Origin: Crocosphaera subtropica ATCC 51142
Lineage (GTDB): Bacteria > Cyanobacteriota > Cyanobacteriia > Cyanobacteriales > Microcystaceae
DNA length: 32,000 bases
Reading direction: 5' to 3'
NCBI RefSeq assembly: GCF_000017845.1
Contig: NC_010546.1
Location: 1,620,001-1,652,000, forward strand
A model generated the notes under the pieces. It searched no databases. It worked only from the letters and a program-made list of their open reading frames with translations, and had not been told where the DNA came from. Positions 26,109-32,000 of the stretch are shown here, in pieces. The number at the start of each line of letters is the position of its first letter. Positions within the stretch are counted from its first letter, which is position 1. The position numbers were made by a program, and so were the translations under genes.

Positions 26109-29009
26109 ATGACATCTATTATTGGTTCTTTGATTATTTTTTGTTTTTGTCCCTTATTAGGGGGACTGCCGTTAATTGATTGGTTAACTTATGGCTTGAA
26201 AGGACAGAAACTATCCCAATTAGGAACGGGTAATGTTTCTGTTTCTGCTGCTTTTTATCATGGGGGGACTTTAGTTGGTGTTTTGGCTGTCTTATCAGAG
26301 GCAGGAAAAGGTATTGTCGCTGTTTTACTGGCCCGCTATTTTTTCCCCTTTGAACCTTTTTGGGAAGTGATGGCATTAATCGCTTTAATTATAGGAAGAT
26401 ATTGGAGGGGAAAAGGGGCAGGAACTACTAATTTATTTTGGGGAATGATGGTTCATGATTGGGCTGCCACTTTCTTAACTGCCTTAATTGGTTTCACTAG
26501 CTTTACCATTTTTCGGGATAGGGTAACAGGACGTTTAGTGGCTTTATTCTTGTTAGCATTTATTTTAACGGTGAGACATCCCTATGATTTAGTCTATATT
26601 TTGTTAGCTTGGAGTTTATCAGGATTAATGGCCTGGATTTTTTATAAAATTCCTGATGATTTGTCTTTACCAGAAACCGGTGTAAAATCTTCTTCTAGAA
26701 CTATGTTTGCTTTCTTTCGTGGCGAAAAATCTCTTCTCTGTTTAAACGATAAATTAGAGGCCGATAAAGTTGGTCAAAAAGCTGCTAATCTGGCTTATCT
26801 AAGAAGTTTAGGTTATGGGGTTCCTAATGGTTGGATTTTGTTGCCTGGAGATGATCCTCAAACCCTATTAGATTATATTGATCCCAGTTTAGAACATCCT
26901 TTTGTTGTTCGTTCTTCTGCTATGGGAGAAGATACAGAAACTGCTTCAGCAGCAGGACAATATTTAACTCGGTTAAATATTACTAACCAAGAAGCATTAA
27001 AAGCAGCCATTTTTGATTGTTTGGCTGCGTATAACCATCCTCATGCTGTTAAATATCGTCGAGATAGAGGACAAAGCGATGAAGAGATTGCTTTATTAAT
27101 TCAAAAACAAATTGAAGGAACAGTTTCAGGGGTCGCCTTTAGTCGAGATCCGGTTAATCCTCTGAATAATTGTGTCATCATTGAAGCATTACCAGGGGCA
27201 GCTAATCAAATTGTTTCAGGTAAAATAACGCCCGAACAATATCAAGTAGAGGTCTATGACAAACTAGAAAATGATGTAATTAATATTAAAAAGATTCAGC
27301 AAATACCATCGAGAAATATTCCTGATTTTATTATAGAAAAAGTCGCTATTTTAGCTAGGAATATTGAAAACTTATATCATGGTATTCCTCAAGATATCGA
27401 ATGGACTTATGATGGAGAAGCTTTATGGATATTACAAACAAGAAGTATTACTAATTTACAACCGATTTGGACAAGAAAAATTGCTTCAGAAGTGATTCCA
27501 GGGGTCATTCGTCCTTTAACCTGGTCAATTAATCAACCTTTAACTTGTGGGGTATGGGGTGATATTTTTACCCTAGTTTTAAAAGAAAAAGCATCAGATT
27601 TAGATTTTGATCAAACTGCGACTTTACACTATCAACAAGCCTATTTTAATGCTACCTTACTAGGACAAATTTTCCGACGCATGGGACTTCCTCCAGAAAG
27701 TTTAGAATTTCTAACAAGAGGAGAAAAAATAACTAAACCTTCCTTAGCTTCTACCATCAGTAATTTACCTGGATTATGGCGTTTATTTACAAAAGAATGG
27801 ACATTAACCAAGGACTTTTGGCAAGATTATCGACAACGCTTTAAACCTCAATTAGAAAAACTACAGCATCAAGAAATTCAGCAATTATCGCCTCAAGAAT
27901 TATTGAAAAATATAGAAAAGATTTTATCTATATTAAAACCGACAACGTATTATAGTATTTTAGCTCCTTTGAGTTTATCTTTAAGACAAGCTTTACTCAA
28001 GGTATCTCCAGAACAATTAAATAATCATTCAACACCAGAGATTGCTGCATTACAAGCCTTAGAAAAGTTAGCTAATGAAATTACATCACTGATAGATGTA
28101 AAAAATATAAACACTGCTGAGGATTTATTCTCAGCTTTGGCACAAAATCAAAAAGGACAAAACCTAATCCAAAAATTTGATTTAATTGTAGAGAATTATG
28201 GCTATTTAAGCGATGTCGCTACTGATATTTCTATTCCTTGTTGGCGAGATCATCCAAATATCGTCAAAACCTTATTAACTCAGTTAACCCAGAATCATAG
28301 CCAGCGCAAGAATAATGTGAAAAAAAATAATAACAATTGGAGAATAAAAAATGTACAAAAACGATTGGATTTGAAAGGAAAAGTAACAGAAATTTATTCT
28401 CAGTTTTTAGCTCAATTACGGTGGCATTTTTTAGAATTAGCCGACTATTTAATAACAAAAGGAATCATTCAAGAATCTCAAGATATTTTTGAATTAACCT
28501 ATGCTGAAATTTTGGAACTAATGGAAGATGAGGACAAGAAAAATGATGCAGAATTAAACAAGAAAATAAAGCAAAGAAAACAGCAATTTGAAATTAATAA
28601 AAGCCTAAAACGCATTCCCTATATTGTCTATGGAAATATTGCCCCAATACCAGAAAATGAACCAGAGTTATCAAAAAGTTCCTATAGAAAATTCAAAGGA
28701 ATTGGTGCAAGTTTTGGACAAGTAGAAGGATACATCCGAATTTGTCGTAACTTTCAACAAATAGGAGAAATCAACAGTCAGACAATTCTAGTGATTCCTT
28801 ATGCTGACTCAGGGTGGGGTCCTTTACTCGCCAATGCAGGTGGTATCATAGCAGAGGTAGGAGGTGCCTTGTCTCACGGAGCAATTATTGCACGAGAATA
28901 CGGTATCCCTGCCGTTATGAATATTGACCATGCTACTGAAATCTTTCAAGAAGGTCAACGGGTAAAAATAGATGGACAACAAGGTATTATTGAACTATTA
29001 GAAAATTAA
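26109..29009 (+). CDS. Three-module fusion protein: PlsY-like polytopic membrane domain, PPDK_N-type ATP-grasp domain, helical middle region, and C-terminal PEP-utilizer swivel (phospho-His) domain
   Basis: I prefer ATG 26109 (MTSIIGSLIIF...) to the track's TTG at 26091. The PlsY-like motifs are GGLP, GTGNVSVSAAF (26223-26255) and IGRYWRGKGAGTTN (26391-26432). The ATP-grasp part runs from KVGQKAANLAYLRSLGYGVPNGW through VRSSAMGED, IQKQIEGTVSGVAFSRDP and DIEWTYDGEALWILQTRSIT. The swivel domain is GIGASFGQVEGYIRI...ILVIPYADSGWGPLLANAGGIIAEVGGALSHGAIIAREYGIPAV, with the His codon at 28875-28877. There is no PEP/pyruvate TIM-barrel domain. Confidence 0.85.
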   Translation: MTSIIGSLIIFCFCPLLGGLPLIDWLTYGLKGQKLSQLGTGNVSVSAAFYHGGTLVGVLAVLSEAGKGIVAVLLARYFFPFEPFWEVMALIALIIGRYWRGKGAGTTNLFWGMMVHDWAATFLTALIGFTSFTIFRDRVTGRLVALFLLAFILTVRHPYDLVYILLAWSLSGLMAWIFYKIPDDLSLPETGVKSSSRTMFAFFRGEKSLLCLNDKLEADKVGQKAANLAYLRSLGYGVPNGWILLPGDDPQTLLDYIDPSLEHPFVVRSSAMGEDTETASAAGQYLTRLNITNQEALKAAIFDCLAAYNHPHAVKYRRDRGQSDEEIALLIQKQIEGTVSGVAFSRDPVNPLNNCVIIEALPGAANQIVSGKITPEQYQVEVYDKLENDVINIKKIQQIPSRNIPDFIIEKVAILARNIENLYHGIPQDIEWTYDGEALWILQTRSITNLQPIWTRKIASEVIPGVIRPLTWSINQPLTCGVWGDIFTLVLKEKASDLDFDQTATLHYQQAYFNATLLGQIFRRMGLPPESLEFLTRGEKITKPSLASTISNLPGLWRLFTKEWTLTKDFWQDYRQRFKPQLEKLQHQEIQQLSPQELLKNIEKILSILKPTTYYSILAPLSLSLRQALLKVSPEQLNNHSTPEIAALQALEKLANEITSLIDVKNINTAEDLFSALAQNQKGQNLIQKFDLIVENYGYLSDVATDISIPCWRDHPNIVKTLLTQLTQNHSQRKNNVKKNNNNWRIKNVQKRLDLKGKVTEIYSQFLAQLRWHFLELADYLITKGIIQESQDIFELTYAEILELMEDEDKKNDAELNKKIKQRKQQFEINKSLKRIPYIVYGNIAPIPENEPELSKSSYRKFKGIGASFGQVEGYIRICRNFQQIGEINSQTILVIPYADSGWGPLLANAGGIIAEVGGALSHGAIIAREYGIPAVMNIDHATEIFQEGQRVKIDGQQGIIELLEN

Positions 29010-29020
29010 TTTGAAAAATT

Positions 29021-30520
29021 ATGGTTAAACTCTTCAAACAAACGATAAACATTAAAAATATATTTAAAAAACCTAACCAATTTGATTGGATAGTTATGGG
29101 TTGTATCTTATTGTTAACCCTAGGTATTTCAACTTTATTAGTTATGGGAGATCAAGTTCCTTTTAAAGTTAGATATTTTAGTTGGGAAGATAAAAAAGTA
29201 GGACTGAAAGATAAAACCTTTACCCTCAGTTTTAATCGTTCCGTTGATACGAATAGCGTAGAAAAAAATTTGATAATTGAACCTCCCCTTCCTGGAAAGA
29301 TTGCTTGGCAGGGAAGGACACTAATTTATACGTTAAATGATCCCCCTATTTATGGCACTAATTATCGAATAAAATTAGATAATGTTCAGCCAAGTTATAA
29401 AGATGAAACCCTTCAATCTTTTGTCAGTTTATTTAGTACCCGTGATCGAGTATTTGCCTATATTGGCATTGAAGGAGAAGAAAAAGGCCGCTTAATTTTA
29501 TATAATATTACTAATCTTGATAAACCTCAAAAAATTATTCTTACACCTGGAGATTTAGTTGTTACTAACTTCGAGATTTATCCTAATAGTGAAAAAATAC
29601 TTTTTAGTGCTTTTGAACCTGATATTCGGGGTCAAGGATTAGTGAGACAAGAACTGTATACAGTGACCACAGGGTTTAATGTTGATCCGTCAATAACTCC
29701 CTCTCAACGAGCAGGAAAACTCAAACGAATTCTAGATTCTCAAGAGTATAGAAATGTCAGTTTTGATCTCTCGAAAAATGGTAAAGTGATTGTCATTGAA
29801 CGAGAAAGTCACAGAAATAGTAATGATAGTAGTTTGTGGATAATTACTGAAGATAATAAACCCATATCTTTGGGAATTCCAGGATCTGAATTTGTGATTG
29901 CTCCCGATGGAAAACGCTTAGCCGTTGCTCAACAAGGAGGAGTCCGTATGGTTCCCTTGGGATCTAATGGAGGAACTTCTCGCATTTTTCAAAACTATGA
30001 AAAACCCCTTGGTTTTTCTGAAAATGGACAGAAACTTTTATTGGTTAAAGATAATATTGATTATACTCGTTCTCTAGTTTTGATCAATCAAGACGGAAAA
30101 AATAAAGAACTATTGCGGACTCCTTATCCCATTCTAGATTGTAAATTTGAACCCAGGAATGAACAAGACCTATACTGTTTAAAAACCGATATAATTCAAG
30201 GAGAAAATGGACAATATCGAGAAGAACCTTTTTTGTCAGTGGTGAACTTGAAAAAAGAAACAGATTTACCTTTATTAGCTTTACCTAATTATCGAGATGT
30301 GGTTTTGAGTATGTCTCCTGACGGGGTCGCTTTATTATTTGATCAGGTGGTTACCACTGTTCCTCAGTCTCCTTCTGATTTATTAACAACAGAACAAGAA
30401 GCGATCGCTGATGGACAAGTTTGGTTACTACCGTTACCAGATTTGAAAGAACAAAATAAATCTGTGAATATTAAACCACAAGAACTCATTTTTGGTTTTA
30501 AACCTCAATGGTTACCATAG
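29021..30520 (+). CDS. Membrane-anchored protein with Ig-like (SbsA/Big_5-type) domain and TolB-like beta-propeller region
   Basis: 499 aa, starting 11 bp after the upstream stop. The N-terminal anchor is FDWIVMGCILLLTLGISTLLVM. TFTLSFNRSVDTNSVEKNLIIEPPLPGKIAWQGRTLIYTLNDPPIYGTNYRIKL fits bacterial Ig-like domains. Later stretches (EKILFSAFEP, SFDLSKNGKVIVIE, IAPDGKRLAVAQ, FSENGQKLLLV, MSPDGVALLFD) look like PD40/WD40-like propeller blades. Confidence 0.65.
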   Translation: MVKLFKQTINIKNIFKKPNQFDWIVMGCILLLTLGISTLLVMGDQVPFKVRYFSWEDKKVGLKDKTFTLSFNRSVDTNSVEKNLIIEPPLPGKIAWQGRTLIYTLNDPPIYGTNYRIKLDNVQPSYKDETLQSFVSLFSTRDRVFAYIGIEGEEKGRLILYNITNLDKPQKIILTPGDLVVTNFEIYPNSEKILFSAFEPDIRGQGLVRQELYTVTTGFNVDPSITPSQRAGKLKRILDSQEYRNVSFDLSKNGKVIVIERESHRNSNDSSLWIITEDNKPISLGIPGSEFVIAPDGKRLAVAQQGGVRMVPLGSNGGTSRIFQNYEKPLGFSENGQKLLLVKDNIDYTRSLVLINQDGKNKELLRTPYPILDCKFEPRNEQDLYCLKTDIIQGENGQYREEPFLSVVNLKKETDLPLLALPNYRDVVLSMSPDGVALLFDQVVTTVPQSPSDLLTTEQEAIADGQVWLLPLPDLKEQNKSVNIKPQELIFGFKPQWLP

Positions 30521-30615
30521 GATCGACTTCATGGGGTTGTGGAGATGGGGTCAAAGGGAAAAAGATAGATTAAAATTAAATATAGATATGCAGAACGAAC
30601 ATCAAGAGGGTTAAC

Positions 30616-30816
30616 ATGACTAAACTAATTGCTGTCATTGTCTTAGGAGTTTATTTGCTAGGAATCTGGAAATTTATGTCAGGATATAATCGGACTAATT
30701 TTAGTCGTCAGTTACCCACAAAGTTAATGTTAGCGTTACTCTGGCCGGTATTGTTAACAGTGAATACATCCTATCGTCAAAATTTTACCAAAGCTTTAAA
30801 AGGAAAAGATTACTAA
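30616..30816 (+). CDS. Small (66 aa) two-helix membrane protein, hypothetical
   Basis: A Shine-Dalgarno-like GAGGG sits 6 nt upstream of the ATG. There are two hydrophobic segments (LIAVIVLGVYLLGIW and LMLALLWPVLLTV). Its stop lies 7 bp before the cobK start. Confidence 0.5.
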   Translation: MTKLIAVIVLGVYLLGIWKFMSGYNRTNFSRQLPTKLMLALLWPVLLTVNTSYRQNFTKALKGKDY

Positions 30817-30823
30817 CCACTCG

Positions 30824-31597
30824 ATGAGCGTAGTTGGCAAACTTTGGCTAATTGGAGGGACAGGGGACAGTGTAAGACTTGTCCAGAGTATTGCGAAGCA
30901 TTCTTTACCTTGTCTTGTTACTGTAACGACTTCTACAGCAATTAATCTTTACCCCACTCACTCAAACATTACCATTGAAATTGGTAAATTAGATAAAGAA
31001 GGAATTAAACAGTTATGTAAGCGAGAAACTGTTAGAGGAATTATTGATGCGTCCCACCCCTTCGCTATTAATATTTCTCAACAAGTTATGGAGTTTGCTA
31101 ATACTGAGGGAATTCCTTATTTACGTTATGAAAGACCTAGTTTAAAACAGAATGCTCAAGCTATTTATTTAGATAATTTTGAGGATTTAGTTAAAGGTAA
31201 CTATCTAAAAGATAAGCGGGTTTTACTGACAGTAGGATGTCAAGCATTATCTAAATTTAAGTCGTGGCATAAAAACACCGTATTATATGCTCGTATTCTC
31301 CCGAAATTAGCGTCTCTTAAGATGGCTTTAAATGCCGGATTTGCAGAAAACCAAATAATTGCTTTACGTCCTCCCATTACTTTAGAATTAGAAAGAGCAT
31401 TGTGGCAACAATGGAAAATTAATTTAGTCGTAACTAAAGCTTCTGGTAAACAAGGAGGAGAAGATATCAAAGCAACAGTCGCTCAAGAATTAGATATTCC
31501 TCTAATTGTTATTCAAAGACCTTCCTTAACATATCCCCAACAAACTGAGCAAATGTCTGATATTATTGAATTTTGTTATCAATGTTTTCAAGGATAA
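30824..31597 (+). CDS. cobK: Precorrin-6A / cobalt-precorrin-6A reductase
   Basis: 257 aa. LWLIGGTGDS at the N-terminus, IIDASHPFA, and VTKASGKQGGEDIKATVAQELDIPLIVIQRP match the CobK/CbiJ pattern. Confidence 0.85.
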   Translation: MSVVGKLWLIGGTGDSVRLVQSIAKHSLPCLVTVTTSTAINLYPTHSNITIEIGKLDKEGIKQLCKRETVRGIIDASHPFAINISQQVMEFANTEGIPYLRYERPSLKQNAQAIYLDNFEDLVKGNYLKDKRVLLTVGCQALSKFKSWHKNTVLYARILPKLASLKMALNAGFAENQIIALRPPITLELERALWQQWKINLVVTKASGKQGGEDIKATVAQELDIPLIVIQRPSLTYPQQTEQMSDIIEFCYQCFQG

Positions 31598-31600
31598 ATT

Positions 31601-31885
31601 ATGTCTGATCCCATCACCCCTGCTATCAGCGATCGCATTTGTAAACACATGAATGAAGATCATAGTAATGCTATTGTTTTATACGCTAAAGTATTTGCAA
31701 ATGTATCAGAAGCAGAAACTGCTACAATGGAATCCATTGATCCTGAAGGGATGAATTTATCAATTACTGTCAAAGGAGAAACGATTCCCGTTCGGGTAAA
31801 GTTTGATCATGTTTTAAAAGATTCAGAAGATGCTCATCACACCTTAATTGATATGGTAAAAAAAGCCAGAACTTCTAACAGTTAA
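31601..31885 (+). CDS. DUF2470-domain protein (HugZ C-terminal / GluTR-binding-protein-type small domain)
   Basis: 94 aa. ICKHMNEDHSNAIVLYAKVFA......ATMESIDPEGMNL...........VRVKFDHVLKDSEDAHHTLIDMVKKA follows the DUF2470 pattern (HMN.DH...l..ya ... m..iD..G..l ... F...l.d....r..lv.m) as I remember it. The start lies 3 bp after the cobK stop. Confidence 0.7.
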   Translation: MSDPITPAISDRICKHMNEDHSNAIVLYAKVFANVSEAETATMESIDPEGMNLSITVKGETIPVRVKFDHVLKDSEDAHHTLIDMVKKARTSNS

Positions 31886-31937
31886 TAGTTGTTCATTACA
31901 TGAATGATGAATAATGAATCATTACTTATCCTTAAAG

Positions 31938-31972
31938 CAGTGATCAGTTATGGGTCACTGTTCACTATTTTT
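31938..31972 (+). terminator. Possible terminator hairpin after the cobK-DUF2470 unit
   Basis: A 6-bp stem pairs cagtga (31938-31943) with tcactg (31955-31960) across an 11-nt loop. A T5 run follows only after a 7-nt spacer, so this is weak. Confidence 0.3.
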
Positions 31973-31989
31973 AAAAAGTTATTTATTTA

Positions 31990-32000
31990 TACCAATTCTC
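31990..32000. mobile_element. Left terminus of a further MITE family 1 copy, cut by the window edge
   Basis: taccaattctc is identical to the left TIR of copies B and C. It is preceded by TTA (31987-31989), which fits the TNA flank seen at the other copies. Only 11 bp are visible. Confidence 0.45.

Noticed and set aside
30521-30615. G-rich leader before the small ORF and cobK as a possible cobalamin riboswitch
   Set aside because: At 95 bp it is too short, and I could not find a B12-box-like core.
1-32000. Defence island, toxin-antitoxin pair, CRISPR array, prophage or integrase
   Set aside because: I saw no spaced direct repeats, no nuclease, ATPase or reverse-transcriptase-type ORFs of unknown context, and no integrase or transposase. 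HIP1 sites and housekeeping genes are spread throughout, so the window looks like core chromosome.

Overview
This window is a chromosomal, mostly housekeeping segment of an AT-rich unicellular cyanobacterium. The cyanobacterial HIP1 octamer GCGATCGC occurs 13 times, and the gene content looks Cyanothece/Crocosphaera-like; that taxon guess is inference only. I support 25 protein-coding genes. They include a GH116/GBA2-type glucosidase fragment at the left edge that the ORF track misses, an adenosine-kinase-like PfkB kinase, a Crp-family regulator coupled to an M61 peptidase, and ilvE. Further on are a type IV pilin-like protein, a GT-C glycosyltransferase, a DUF1400 alpha/beta hydrolase overlapping cobM, a CysQ-like phosphatase and Fe-sodB. 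Then come nusB, a DUF502 protein, an MsbA-like ABC exporter, a short GH57 enzyme convergent with glgP, an orphan OmpR-type response regulator, an LCP-family protein, cobK and a DUF2470 protein. I found no rRNA, tRNA, CRISPR array, transposase gene or recognisable defence island. The best candidate for something undescribed is at 26.1-30.5 kb. There a single ORF fuses a degenerate PlsY-like membrane domain to an ATP-grasp (PPDK_N) plus swivel-histidine phosphotransferase module, an architecture like rifampin phosphotransferase rather than PpsA. A membrane-anchored Ig-like/beta-propeller protein follows it 11 bp downstream. The second notable layer is non-coding. One MITE family has 11-bp terminal inverted repeats and 3-bp TNA target duplications; one copy rewrites the last codons of cobM and another is nested inside a member of a second MITE-like family. 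That second family flanks the GH57 gene as direct repeats. All homology calls come from motif recognition by eye; no searches were run.
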